Shown here in pieces: positions 54,466 through 64,000 of a stretch of DNA of 64,000 nucleotides (position 1 is its first letter; each line of letters starts with the position of its first letter). The notes below the pieces were generated by a model. That model had not been told where the DNA came from. It saw only the letters and a list, made by a program, of their open reading frames with translations, and made no database searches. Source of the stretch: a virus; IMG/VR virus record IMGVR_UViG_3300042509_001467, positions 16,668 through 80,667 of that record; one strand, given 5' to 3'. The position numbers and the translations under genes were made by a program.

Positions 54466-55256
54466 CAGACGATCAAGAACTAATCATTGATGACATTGAC
54501 GAACTAGAGGTTGATTTAGGCGAAGAAGAATCAACCCCCGAACAAGAAGACGCAGGGGCATCACAAGTGCCGCAAACGCCCGTACAACCGCAACAACAGT
54601 ACGTTTCTGAGGCTGATCGGCTAAGGCAACTAGAAGCTGAGGCAAACCGCATGGGTTACAGCCTGAGAGAAGCGGCTGAAGAGGAAGAAGAGGAAGATGA
54701 GGACGAGTTTTCTTTTGACGATCCTGATATTCGGGAAGTTAAGAAGCACGTCAAGAAGCAGAGCGCAGATTTAAGCGAATTGCGCGATGAAATCAGGGCA
54801 GAGCGCGTGTTCACAAACAACATCGAAAGCCTTGTGAGAGACGCGCAGGAATCACTTGCTCAACTTGGATCAGAGCTTACGGCAGATGGGCGCGACAAGT
54901 TAGTTAAGCTGCTCAACCAATCCGATCCCATTGCGCTCCAGAGCTTGATGCAGGACAACACGCGCAAACTTGCGGTGATTGCAACGGTGATGACTAACCC
55001 AGAGTTTGCCAAGACCGCAAAAGGCACTACAAAGGCGTACAGCCCTATTGGCAGGGTGGATGCTCCTGGTATCTCGCGCACACGAAGCGATGCGGCTCCA
55101 ACAATTCGGATCAGCGACATTGACAAGGATCAGATGGAGTTTATTAAGGCATCGGCAGAGCGTGACGCTAGGGCAAAAGGTACGACGGTGGACGCTGAGA
55201 TTAAGGCGGCAGTGAAGGATTACGCGAAACGTGGTCTTTTGACAATGAAGAGGTAA
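54462..55256 (+). CDS. Scaffolding protein
   Basis: Highly acidic, coiled coil, position. Confidence 0.65.
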   Translation: MTDDQELIIDDIDELEVDLGEEESTPEQEDAGASQVPQTPVQPQQQYVSEADRLRQLEAEANRMGYSLREAAEEEEEEDEDEFSFDDPDIREVKKHVKKQSADLSELRDEIRAERVFTNNIESLVRDAQESLAQLGSELTADGRDKLVKLLNQSDPIALQSLMQDNTRKLAVIATVMTNPEFAKTAKGTTKAYSPIGRVDAPGISRTRSDAAPTIRISDIDKDQMEFIKASAERDARAKGTTVDAEIKAAVKDYAKRGLLTMKR

Positions 55257-55262
55257 GAAACC

Positions 55263-55760
55263 ATGAGAAAAGAAGAAAAGACAGAAGCAGTAGCCGAGTT
55301 AGAGGCGACGTTGGGCATTGTTGACACTCCAAAGGCTAAACCAACGGGTACAGAGCTTGTTGCAGAGGCGTTCTACGAGAGTTTGAGCGACACCAGACCA
55401 AGCAACACGACCATCATGGAGTGGGTAAACGAGATTAACCAGAAGCAGGACAAGATCAAGTTCTGCTATGCCGCAAACACTACTATGGGCGTTGGTGCGG
55501 GTGCTGAGGACGGGGTTCAGATGATGCTTAACAAGGGCTACGTCAAGGTATCTCGGCAAGTGCTTGATGATTTTGGCGCACCTAAGTGGGATAATCCTTC
55601 GATTCACGTTTTAGCGTTACGGAGAGAGCTTGCAGACGCGGAAAGGAAGGAGCTTAACGAACAGGCAAGACGTTCGCTTAAACACTTCGGTCAAGGCGGC
55701 GTAGAGGGCAAATACGAGCCAGGAGCAGGCGAGACGTTCGTTGTAGGAGCGCAAAACTAA
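55263..55760 (+). CDS. Hypothetical head-module protein
   Basis: Position, AGGT RBS. Confidence 0.6.
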   Translation: MRKEEKTEAVAELEATLGIVDTPKAKPTGTELVAEAFYESLSDTRPSNTTIMEWVNEINQKQDKIKFCYAANTTMGVGAGAEDGVQMMLNKGYVKVSRQVLDDFGAPKWDNPSIHVLALRRELADAERKELNEQARRSLKHFGQGGVEGKYEPGAGETFVVGAQN

Positions 55761-55766
55761 CGAATT

Positions 55767-55790
55767 GGGGGCAAATAAGCCCCCTTTTTT
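55767..55790 (+). terminator. Intrinsic terminator
   Basis: GGGGGC-AAATAA-GCCCCC-TTTTTT. Confidence 0.8.
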
Positions 55791-55863
55791 GCGTTTGAGA
55801 CAAAAATTTTGTGCCGTTTGTTACTTAACATAGAGGCTCTTTGCCTCATTAAGGAAAACAAAT

Positions 55864-56421
55864 ATGAGTCTTTGGGGCAAAACAGCAAAATACCGTTCAA
55901 TAAACGGTGCAACTATCATTCCTCTCGTCTTGCAGGAGGCGTCAACTCAGACCTTTAAGGCTGGGGATTTCGTCTATCTTGCATCAAACGCAGTTACCGC
56001 AATCGTCGCGCCAGATACGCTTGTAAATTACAACTCTACTAAAGCAAATACAGGCACTAACAAAATCGTCGGCATGGCACTTGATGATGCTACTGGAACC
56101 ACTGGTAGAGATATTCGGGTCGTTCTTGCAACTGATGATGTTGAGTTTGAGTTTAACGTTGCACACGCAACAATCACAAGCGCATCTACAGCCGCAACGC
56201 AAGTTGGTCAGACAATGGAGCTTCTTAACTTGACGCTTCCAATCGGCACTGTAGACGGTGAAGGTTACGCTCTTCCTGTTGCTACTACCAGCACCGCCGT
56301 CGCTATTGATGACACTACCGATGGCGAAGTCGTCATCACTTCTGTTCCAAAGGCGGGCGTTTTGCTTGGCAAGGTTTGGGGCAAGATTGCTTCTGGAGCG
56401 AGGGCTCCGCTCAACGCTTAA
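55864..56421 (+). CDS. Capsid decoration/cement-like protein
   Basis: EAS.QTFKAGDFV.L, IVGMA..DA motifs; precedes capsid. Confidence 0.65.
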   Translation: MSLWGKTAKYRSINGATIIPLVLQEASTQTFKAGDFVYLASNAVTAIVAPDTLVNYNSTKANTGTNKIVGMALDDATGTTGRDIRVVLATDDVEFEFNVAHATITSASTAATQVGQTMELLNLTLPIGTVDGEGYALPVATTSTAVAIDDTTDGEVVITSVPKAGVLLGKVWGKIASGARAPLNA

Positions 56422-56435
56422 CGGAGAACTAAACA

Positions 56436-57386
56436 ATGCCAATTACGCTAACTAACGCACCATTACTTATTGATCGAATCAATAAGGTCATTCTTGAACA
56501 AGAAGCGAGTATCAACAAACTCGCCCCGACCATTTTCTCAGGCGAGTACAACAAGGAAAGTTCGCAAGACTTTATCCGTGGCGTATCGTCCATGCCTACT
56601 CCATCGCTGATTGGCGTATCCGGTACTTCCGGTATCGTCAACGCAGTGAGTCCTCACACTCTTACGATCACTTCCGACAAGTACGGTTCTTCGTACCGAA
56701 TCGGTGAATCGTTTGAGTATTGGGATAGCCGAAAGGAAGACGTTGCCGCAATGATGGCAAAGGGTTTCCTTCGCTCGTGGGTTGACCTTGAAGAAACCAT
56801 TGCTGCTAACGTGCTTAACCTTGGATTTACCACGGTTGCAAACGGCGGTACAAAGGTACTTGAAGCGGCTACTACTCTTGCCTTGTTCAGCGCATCGCAC
56901 ACTCAGCGAGACGGTTCTACAGTGAGCAACACAGGTACAGCGGCTCTTAGCCTTGACGCTCTTCAAACAGCGGTTATTGCGGCTCAGTACGCAAAGGACT
57001 TTGACGGACGACCTTGGATCAGCATGGGCGGCGTGACTCTTCACGTTGGCACTGCTCTTTCCATGCTTGCAACTCGGATCGTTGGTTCTACAATGGACCC
57101 GAACACTGCAAACAACAGCACCAACCCAATCAAGAAGAATGGCGTAAGCCCTTACAACGGATTTGTCACTGGTGTCGTGGTTAACCCTCGCATCACTGGT
57201 AGCAACTGGTTCTTGCTTCCAACCGACAAGGGCGACCGTGCGATTATGAAGGTTAAGGACTTTGACACTGGCATCGTCTACGACCGAACTAAGGCTGGCG
57301 ACAACGGAGATCACATCTTTGACCGCCGCGCACACATGGACGTTTTTGTTTCTCAATGGCAAAACACGTTCGGTAGCGACGCATAA
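56436..57386 (+). CDS. Major capsid protein (Mu gpT-like)
   Basis: E..AANVLN.GF..LFSASH, L.V..AL...A.RI..S, NP.I...WFL. Confidence 0.82.
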   Translation: MPITLTNAPLLIDRINKVILEQEASINKLAPTIFSGEYNKESSQDFIRGVSSMPTPSLIGVSGTSGIVNAVSPHTLTITSDKYGSSYRIGESFEYWDSRKEDVAAMMAKGFLRSWVDLEETIAANVLNLGFTTVANGGTKVLEAATTLALFSASHTQRDGSTVSNTGTAALSLDALQTAVIAAQYAKDFDGRPWISMGGVTLHVGTALSMLATRIVGSTMDPNTANNSTNPIKKNGVSPYNGFVTGVVVNPRITGSNWFLLPTDKGDRAIMKVKDFDTGIVYDRTKAGDNGDHIFDRRAHMDVFVSQWQNTFGSDA

Positions 57387-57398
57387 GGAGAAAGAGAT

Positions 57399-57917
57399 AT
57401 GCCTGAAAAGACTTCTCTTTCTCTTAACGGAATCGGTCTCACGTCCCCTAACCGGGACGTGGTGGCTGGTACGGTCAAAAACGCCGGGGTAGACATTGCT
57501 CCAAACGGCACGGAATTGTTTACGCGAACGGTTACCCTTGCTTCTGGGTCAGGTGCTTTAACCCCTGTGTCAATCCTTGCCGATGGTGAAGTTGGCACAG
57601 GGCGCAAGGCTTATGTTACCGACATCTACGGGTTAATTGGTAGCGGAGCCTGGGCGGCTAGCGGTGGAACTTTGACGGGGGTAGTAGTGCGGGATACAAA
57701 TTCTTCGCCTGTTAGCTTCTTTACAATTTTGACTGCTGCGCTACTCAGTGCGGGTAGGTTGTTCCGGCAATCTTCTAACGTTACTGTTGAAAACGCATGG
57801 ATTGGTATGACTGGCACTACATCAGGTAAAGGGCTAGAAATGGTTGCTTACGGATCGTCTCCGACTGGAATTACAGGCGGGACTATCACTTTGACGGTTA
57901 CAGGGTACATTGCGTAA
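57399..57917 (+). CDS. Virion structural protein
   Basis: G/T/S-rich, follows capsid. Confidence 0.55.
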   Translation: MPEKTSLSLNGIGLTSPNRDVVAGTVKNAGVDIAPNGTELFTRTVTLASGSGALTPVSILADGEVGTGRKAYVTDIYGLIGSGAWAASGGTLTGVVVRDTNSSPVSFFTILTAALLSAGRLFRQSSNVTVENAWIGMTGTTSGKGLEMVAYGSSPTGITGGTITLTVTGYIA

Positions 57918-58630
57918 TGCTATTCTCGGAAGTTCAGACGGAGGTTCAAGCTGGTCATTCCGGCATTGACCAAACAACGGCAAGGTTCTTTATCCAAGAG
58001 AGCCTTAACGACTTGTGTTCTGAACTTCCACTAGCATTATCGTCCTGTTCATTGATCGTCACGTCTGGCACAGGGGAGTACAGCATAGCCGCTGGCTCCC
58101 CGTTCTTTCTTCTCGGTAGTGCAACGGCTACATCTGCGCTTCAAATTGATAGGCTCAACTCTGTATTCTATGTTCAGTCTTCTACAAGCGCGTATGAACT
58201 CAAGCCAACCACTACAGAAATTTTAGATTCAAATTATCCGGGTTGGAGGTACGAATCTACCTCACTTCCAACGCATTACTACATTGACCGCACATCCGCT
58301 GGTGTACCTGTTATTGGGTTTTATCCTGTCCCTGGTACAACATCTAGCCCCGCCAATGGCACGGGCTTTCCACGGGTTGATATGCGGTTTAGAACGCGCA
58401 TAACGGCAACCTACGGTGGTAGCGATGCGGTTCCAGATTCTTTCCCGTATCCTATGGCGATTGTCTATGGTGCGCTTTACCGTATTGTTGGCAGAGAGAC
58501 GGATTCAGGCTTGGAAAACAAGTGGCTCCGTATGTACCGTGCTGAGATTGGGAAGATTCAGTCCTCAGTGCTTAAAGAGAGCCAAGATTTGCCCCGCGTA
58601 CAATCCTCAGTGCGGGGGTTTAGCCTTTGA
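57917..58630 (+). CDS. Head-tail adaptor / tail tubular protein A
   Basis: P.HYY, GFYPVP, P...AIVYGAL. Confidence 0.7.
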   Translation: MLFSEVQTEVQAGHSGIDQTTARFFIQESLNDLCSELPLALSSCSLIVTSGTGEYSIAAGSPFFLLGSATATSALQIDRLNSVFYVQSSTSAYELKPTTTEILDSNYPGWRYESTSLPTHYYIDRTSAGVPVIGFYPVPGTTSSPANGTGFPRVDMRFRTRITATYGGSDAVPDSFPYPMAIVYGALYRIVGRETDSGLENKWLRMYRAEIGKIQSSVLKESQDLPRVQSSVRGFSL

Positions 58631-61158
58631 GTACGCCCGTCGTATTGTTTAAGGCTGGTGAAGTGCCATGCCAGGGTCAGTATTCAAGTATTGATCCTAT
58701 TGCGCTTCAGAACGGGCAATGGGCTAAGATCACCAACATTCGCACGGACGATGCGACCATGCGGGTTCGACCTCCTGCGACCTTGCAACTAGACAATACA
58801 AACATTGCGTATGCCGCTGGAGACGAGGTTGTTGGGTCACACTTTAGTTTTAACACCAATCAACAAATCATTGCGGTTTGGGACGCATCAGCAAGCCGTG
58901 TAAAGATTTGGCGTGATAACGCGGGTACGTACTCCGAAATGACCGATAGCGCGTCACGGTTTACGACTAATGCCCCTGTTAGTTTTGTTGAAGTGCAAGA
59001 AGGTTATACGGCTGGTATGCCTAACGGTCCTGTGCTTGCGCTTGTTGCTCAAAACGGGTACGAAGCTCCACGGATTATTAGGCGCGTGAGTATTTCGTAC
59101 ACAAGCCCGTTCTCGGTGGTGGATACGCTAACCCCTCCTACTGCTGATCTATGTACGGCAGAGCCTTACGGGGATACAACTTGGAAGATTGGGGATATGG
59201 TTGCTGGAAATCTCTCAGTAAGCGATGCTGACGTTACGGCGTCCATTGGAACACTTACGGGTATTGGGACATACGTTTCGTTTAACTACACAACCGCAAC
59301 GGACGTAAACGACTACGGGCGAATCACTTTTGCTGGTAGTGCCGCGAGTACCAATAGCCAACTCCAGATTATCTACAACTCAACCCTAAGAGACATTTGG
59401 GAACGGGTATCGGTGGCTATTACTGTTGGAGGTACAAAATACTACCTTCACTTAGCAGGGACAACTGAGCCGATTTATGATGATGTTGGCAACGGGTATT
59501 CGTGCGTTGCTTTTGATTGCCGTTACATTCGCACGGGAGCAGGAATCACAACCCAAAGCGCGTTAAGTGCGCTTACTAACATGGGGACGACGCTTGACTT
59601 TGAATGGACAGGCGCGTTACCTGCATCGGGCGCGGTGGTGCTGAACATCTTTGGCGTTTTGCCTACTGGCTCTATTCCGTTCGGAGTTCAGTTTGCGAGT
59701 TCATATTTTATCCAAGAGACGCGGCAAGAATCCCCTAGCGTGGTTCACAAGTCGCTGTTTCCTCCTACGCTTGCGGCGACGGGTGGATGCCCTGTTCCAG
59801 ACGTTCGCTTTGGATCAGTGGAAGGATTCACGTATTCGTATTCACTAAAAGTAGGCGGCGGCGGCGCGTCTACGTTTACCCGGTATTTTTGCTTGCCTTG
59901 GGTAGATGAATCAGGCGATGGCACGTTCAGGCTTGCCCGTGCTGTTGGTAGTCTTGCAAACGCGGGTTCGGGTTCGACTACTGACTTTCCGCTATGTCAG
60001 CGTGGCACGATTGCGGGGACGTACTCTTTTGATGACCTTGATACATACGAAGACATTAGCCCTAGTTCATTGCAGATTCCTATTCCAACGGGATACGCGC
60101 AGCTGTTTTCAAATGACCGCCTCTTTATCTCGGGCAACAAGTCAAGTTCCGATCCTGGCAAGCTGTATTTCTCGCAAAAGAGCTACCCATTTAGGTTCAG
60201 CGAACTGGTAGACATTCAGGATGGAGTGGCAGATAGCCTCAGTTCGGGTGCAACTAAGCTCAACAGTCCCGTTCAAGCACTCGCATCCATGAGCGCAAGC
60301 GTTCTTGGTGCCGATCCCGTGATGATCCTTACGTCTGACGCGCTATTTTCCACGGACGGCGTAACGGCGACATCACTTTCAAGCCCTCGCAAGGTAGCTC
60401 CACACGGCACACTTAGCCCTCGTTCGGTAACGGTGTACGAAGGCAATATGTACTGGCTTGACAATGAGCGGCAATTTAGGTCACTCGGAGGTTTGGTTGG
60501 TGGGCTAGGCGTTCGGCGTGTTGAGGACGTGTTCACGGGTATTAGCGGATCAGACCTTGCAAACGTTGAAGGCTTTACGTTTAGAGATAGGCTTTATTTG
60601 GCGTACAAGCCCTCTGGAGGCTCGGCAAACACTAGGGCGATGGTATATGACCAGCGCACCGGGATTTGGGTTCAGGACACTTTAGGTGGCTCACTTGATT
60701 TTAAGAGATTCCAACGAATCAGATCAAGCGGTGCAGACCTTATGACGTTTGTTACAACTGATGGGAATGTTTATGAATACGAAGGAACGCAAACGGGCAA
60801 CGAGGCGGGTAGTGCTATTAGCGTTAACCTGTGGTCACGCGCTCTATCTAACCCTACCTTACAGGCAATCAGATTTTCACATCCAACAATTTACAGCGAC
60901 CAGATTCCAAGTGCCGTCTGGGACTTCTCTTTGTTCAGCCATAGACTATCCACAACCGCAGCAGGAAAAATTGATATGGACTATGGATCAGAGAAGTCTT
61001 GGACGGTGGGACGAGGAACGGCTGAAAATCAACGTGTCGGAATGTCTGACTCAGCAGTGCAACTCAGAATTGAAGGCACTGCACCGGGCGGGGCAAAGAT
61101 TTACTTTATCTCGATTGACAGAGAGGAACAAGGGGATCGGAAGGTGAAACGTGGCTGA
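58627..61158 (+). CDS. Tail tubular protein B / nozzle
   Basis: 843 aa; NDRLF, LYFS, GTLSPRSV..MYWL, YD.RTG.W. Confidence 0.75.
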   Translation: MSTPVVLFKAGEVPCQGQYSSIDPIALQNGQWAKITNIRTDDATMRVRPPATLQLDNTNIAYAAGDEVVGSHFSFNTNQQIIAVWDASASRVKIWRDNAGTYSEMTDSASRFTTNAPVSFVEVQEGYTAGMPNGPVLALVAQNGYEAPRIIRRVSISYTSPFSVVDTLTPPTADLCTAEPYGDTTWKIGDMVAGNLSVSDADVTASIGTLTGIGTYVSFNYTTATDVNDYGRITFAGSAASTNSQLQIIYNSTLRDIWERVSVAITVGGTKYYLHLAGTTEPIYDDVGNGYSCVAFDCRYIRTGAGITTQSALSALTNMGTTLDFEWTGALPASGAVVLNIFGVLPTGSIPFGVQFASSYFIQETRQESPSVVHKSLFPPTLAATGGCPVPDVRFGSVEGFTYSYSLKVGGGGASTFTRYFCLPWVDESGDGTFRLARAVGSLANAGSGSTTDFPLCQRGTIAGTYSFDDLDTYEDISPSSLQIPIPTGYAQLFSNDRLFISGNKSSSDPGKLYFSQKSYPFRFSELVDIQDGVADSLSSGATKLNSPVQALASMSASVLGADPVMILTSDALFSTDGVTATSLSSPRKVAPHGTLSPRSVTVYEGNMYWLDNERQFRSLGGLVGGLGVRRVEDVFTGISGSDLANVEGFTFRDRLYLAYKPSGGSANTRAMVYDQRTGIWVQDTLGGSLDFKRFQRIRSSGADLMTFVTTDGNVYEYEGTQTGNEAGSAISVNLWSRALSNPTLQAIRFSHPTIYSDQIPSAVWDFSLFSHRLSTTAAGKIDMDYGSEKSWTVGRGTAENQRVGMSDSAVQLRIEGTAPGGAKIYFISIDREEQGDRKVKRG

Positions 61159-61639
61159 TGGAACTGGTTCTGATCGTATTGTTAATAGCGTCGCGAGTAT
61201 TGCTACGCGCCTTCGGGATGTAGAAACAATAAAGAAGGTTAAGCCTAATACGACGCCTCCTGGCAATACGTCGGGGACGATCACAATGCTTGACGCTCCG
61301 GTCACCGTTGTAAGTTTAGCAAACTCTGACGAGTTCACTTGGCAAACGGCAAACGCTTGGGACACCATTTCATCAAACCCAAAAGCAGTATGGCTTTCGG
61401 TTTATTGCACAAGGTCAAATGCTACAACCGCTGGGAGTGTAACCGTAGAAATAAGGCGCGATAACCTTTTAATTACTCCGACCTACACGGTCTTGTATTG
61501 CGAACTTCTTCCGGTTATTTCTCGTGTGCTAGTTCCATTATCGCAATCTGGCACTTTTGAATACCAGATGACATTTCCAGGGGCGACGGCTACAAGACGT
61601 TGGGATTTAGTTATTGCCGTTGAAGGCTTCCTAGTGTAA
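61151..61639 (+). CDS. Tail-associated protein
   Basis: Position. Confidence 0.55.
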   Translation: MADGTGSDRIVNSVASIATRLRDVETIKKVKPNTTPPGNTSGTITMLDAPVTVVSLANSDEFTWQTANAWDTISSNPKAVWLSVYCTRSNATTAGSVTVEIRRDNLLITPTYTVLYCELLPVISRVLVPLSQSGTFEYQMTFPGATATRRWDLVIAVEGFLV

Positions 61640-61703
61640 CGGGACGTTTTTAGCTTGCGGCTTGTTGGAATAGGTACAGATTTACAAAAGGGAGCATTAA
61701 CAC

Positions 61704-62357
61704 ATGGCAACAATTCAGGAAATTATCAACGGAGGCTACATGGCTCCCAGAAGCTACGAGGATAGCCTAGGACGCAAGTTTAAGTTTGAGTCGTCCAAGC
61801 GTGGCGCACTACTTGAACCGGGATATTTCAACGACGTTCTGTTTAGCCAAAGCGAGCTTGCACCAGCACAGCGCGATATTCTGCGGCAACTGCTGATGAT
61901 GAACCAAGCTGGCAACATCTACGGACGTGTAGACGACTTCCGCAACCGTGCAATGGCATCGGCTGAAAAGCAAGGTTCTCGCAACGCTCGAAACATTGGC
62001 TCGGGCTATGGATCAGGTATGGGTGATGCTTTGCGGCTTGACGCTTCCAACCGCGGCACAAGCATGGCAAACAATTTCATGCGGGATCAGCTTTCTGGCG
62101 AAGGTCGTATGCGCACTGCATCGGGCTTGCTAGGTCAGATCAACAGCTATAACCCGATGGGTTACAATATGTTCATGCAGAACGTGGGGACTAAGCCGCC
62201 TGAGCAGCGTGGGCAATCGGGCTTAAACTCGCTTCTGGGTATTGCTAGTTCTGTTGCTCCGTACATGATGGGCGGTGGTGGAAGCGGTGGAGGTAGTTCT
62301 AGCCGCATTAGCAACCCAAGCGCATTTATGAACGACTTTAGGGGATTGAGTTTCTAG
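61704..62357 (+). CDS. Ejection / internal virion protein
   Basis: G/S/M/N-rich; position. Confidence 0.6.
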   Translation: MATIQEIINGGYMAPRSYEDSLGRKFKFESSKRGALLEPGYFNDVLFSQSELAPAQRDILRQLLMMNQAGNIYGRVDDFRNRAMASAEKQGSRNARNIGSGYGSGMGDALRLDASNRGTSMANNFMRDQLSGEGRMRTASGLLGQINSYNPMGYNMFMQNVGTKPPEQRGQSGLNSLLGIASSVAPYMMGGGGSGGGSSSRISNPSAFMNDFRGLSF

Positions 62358-62358
62358 G

Positions 62359-64000
62359 ATGTTTGCTCCTGGCAAAGACCCAGTAAAGAAGAACGCGCCT
62401 AAGTATGAAGCTTGGGCTGACATTTTAGCGGCACTTCTCCCGCAAGCTCCCGGCGGTGCGGCTTTTACTCCAATCATAAACCAGATATTCCCAAAGCAAG
62501 GTGCGTCAATCACTAAAGCGGCAACGACGCCGACGGATACGCTAAACCAATCTGTTAATCCATCTGCGGGTATTAAGCGTTACAAAGATCGTCCTGAGTT
62601 TGTTTCTATGAACCCAGTAGTTGACGCTACAACGACCACAGAGACGGTTCAGCCGTCATTCCAACCAAGTATTGCGGGATTCTTAGGTGAAGCCGTAGGA
62701 CGCGCCGCAACAAACGAGAAATCACAGTTTGCGCGTCAAGATCAGGCTATCACGGTTGGTCGTGACATGGAGGCTAAGAAGCTTGAAGCCGAACGTAAGC
62801 GACGTGCTAGGCAAGAAGAGTTTGGCAAGAAGGCTGAGGACATTCGTAAGAAACCCAAGGTCACTAAGAACGAGGCGTTAATCAGTGGATTGATTGCGCT
62901 ACTTGGCGCGGCTGGTGGTGCTACCAATTCACAGGAAGCACTTCAGAACTACCTTGGCGGTATGTCTAACAAGCGCACGGACGAGCAGAACGCAGAACTC
63001 ACGGCACTAGAGCGTCAGATGCAATCCGAACTTGGCATGATGGACGATCAGGCTAGTCAGGAGCAACTTCAGGGCAAATACAAGCTCCAAGACATTGAGA
63101 AGTTCATGGGTCGCGCTGAATATTACGACAAGGGCTTTAAGGGTGTTGATAAGGTTCGCGCTGATAAGAAGGAAGAGGCAAAGGTTAAGGCTGAAAAACT
63201 TGCTGAAGGTCGCTTAGGCAACATTGGCGAAGCGATTATGAAGGCTAAAAACCCTGCCGAAGCTGAGTCATGGATTGGCAAATACAACGACGAGGCAATT
63301 AAGCAAGGTAAGCCACCGATTGACGACGCACAGCGGTTTGTCATCATGGAGTCTGTCAATCAGCAGACATTGGCTAACGCGAACGAGATTGCTTACTTCA
63401 AAGCCGCTTACGACCCTATTGATAAGACAATTAAGAGGTACGCAGGTGCAAAAATGCCAGAAGCAGTTGCGGCTGACCTGCAAGCAAGAATCAATGCTCT
63501 CAATACTTGGGGCGCACCTCGTGGCTTAATGCTTCCTGCTATTGATCCAAACGCTACTCCCGAATGGGAAATGAAGACAGAGAAGGCGTTGCGAGAAGCT
63601 AATATGTGGGACGTTGACCTTGAGAACAAGAAGCAAGAGGGCATCAACAAGAAACTTACAGCGGAAAAAACTCGCCGTGACATTGAAGTTGTAAACCAAA
63701 AGATCAGGCAAGGTAAAGCCACACCTGGAGACTTAATCTACAAGAGTTTTCTTCAAGGTGAACCTGTATCTCCAGAGGAAGTTAAAACCTACCTTAAAGA
63801 TAAGGCTAAGGTGCTTGACAATAGCTTTGAAACGGCTGGCTCTCATGACAAAAAATGGGCTGGTTTAGCGGTTGTCAACATCCGCACTCAGCTTGACGAA
63901 ATGGCGGCGTTTCTTGGTCCAGACCATCCAGCAGTAATACAGGCGTTTCGGCGTTCTGCGGCTCAGGGCTACCTTGATCCAAAGTACAAGGACATGGATC
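62359..64000 (+). CDS. Large ejection / internal virion protein, truncated by window edge
   Basis: ATG at 62359 (MFAPGKDPVKK...); frame appears open to the edge; coiled-coil rich. Confidence 0.6.
   Translation, partial: MFAPGKDPVKKNAPKYEAWADILAALLPQAPGGAAFTPIINQIFPKQGASITKAATTPTDTLNQSVNPSAGIKRYKDRPEFVSMNPVVDATTTTETVQPSFQPSIAGFLGEAVGRAATNEKSQFARQDQAITVGRDMEAKKLEAERKRRARQEEFGKKAEDIRKKPKVTKNEALISGLIALLGAAGGATNSQEALQNYLGGMSNKRTDEQNAELTALERQMQSELGMMDDQASQEQLQGKYKLQDIEKFMGRAEYYDKGFKGVDKVRADKKEEAKVKAEKLAEGRLGNIGEAIMKAKNPAEAESWIGKYNDEAIKQGKPPIDDAQRFVIMESVNQQTLANANEIAYFKAAYDPIDKTIKRYAGAKMPEAVAADLQARINALNTWGAPRGLMLPAIDPNATPEWEMKTEKALREANMWDVDLENKKQEGINKKLTAEKTRRDIEVVNQKIRQGKATPGDLIYKSFLQGEPVSPEEVKTYLKDKAKVLDNSFETAGSHDKKWAGLAVVNIRTQLDEMAAFLGPDHPAVIQAFRRSAAQGYLDPKYKDMD

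Larger units (their letters stand above)
38733..64000. mobile_element. Phage B: second podovirus-like genome, truncated at right edge
   Basis: Second independent set of SSB, ERF, RusA, helicase, endolysin, terminase, portal, capsid and tail genes. Confidence 0.85.

Noticed and set aside
56538-57362. 274-aa antisense ORF opposite phage B capsid
   Set aside because: Same shadow-ORF effect.
1-64000. CRISPR arrays, tRNAs, rRNA, integrase, DNA polymerase, reverse transcriptase/DGR, recoded stop codons
   Set aside because: None recognised by eye; genes read normally in the standard code.

Overview
The window is entirely phage DNA and contains two distinct but related podovirus-like tailed-phage genomes in tandem. 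Bases 1-395 recur apparently identically at 38338-38732 (offset 38,337). Phage A (1-38337) is therefore an apparently complete ~38.3 kb circular or permuted genome. It encodes HNH-AP2, SSB, a DnaB_N/AAA helicase, an SF2 helicase, RusA, ERF, Gp157, small early genes, an M15 endolysin, terminase, portal, capsid, tail tubular and ejection proteins, a deacetylase tail protein, a phosphoesterase and a C5-methyltransferase. Phage B starts after the repeat (~38733) and runs off the right edge. It encodes a DEDDh exonuclease, ERF, SSB, RusA, an ECF sigma factor, DnaB, a lambda-O-like initiator with iterons, an amidase, terminase, a tandem-GroES protein, portal, capsid, tail and ejection proteins. No integrase, tRNA or CRISPR array was seen. 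The main discovery is an RNA-level regulatory system in the leftward early operons. The same homologous early gene is followed by a complete type-P1 twister ribozyme in phage A (10627-10676) and by a type-II pseudoknotted hammerhead ribozyme in phage B (47611-47665), each abutting the next gene's ribosome-binding site. There are also unassigned structured RNAs and a candidate anti-RBS small RNA. Other highlights: a perfect chromosomal-type parS inside a giant virion gene that also encodes a ParB-like domain, a Cpn20-like double GroES, an overlapping-frame two-chain methyltransferase, and a shared G5-N3-G5 motif at the early/late strand switch of both phages. All calls are by eye, with no database search.
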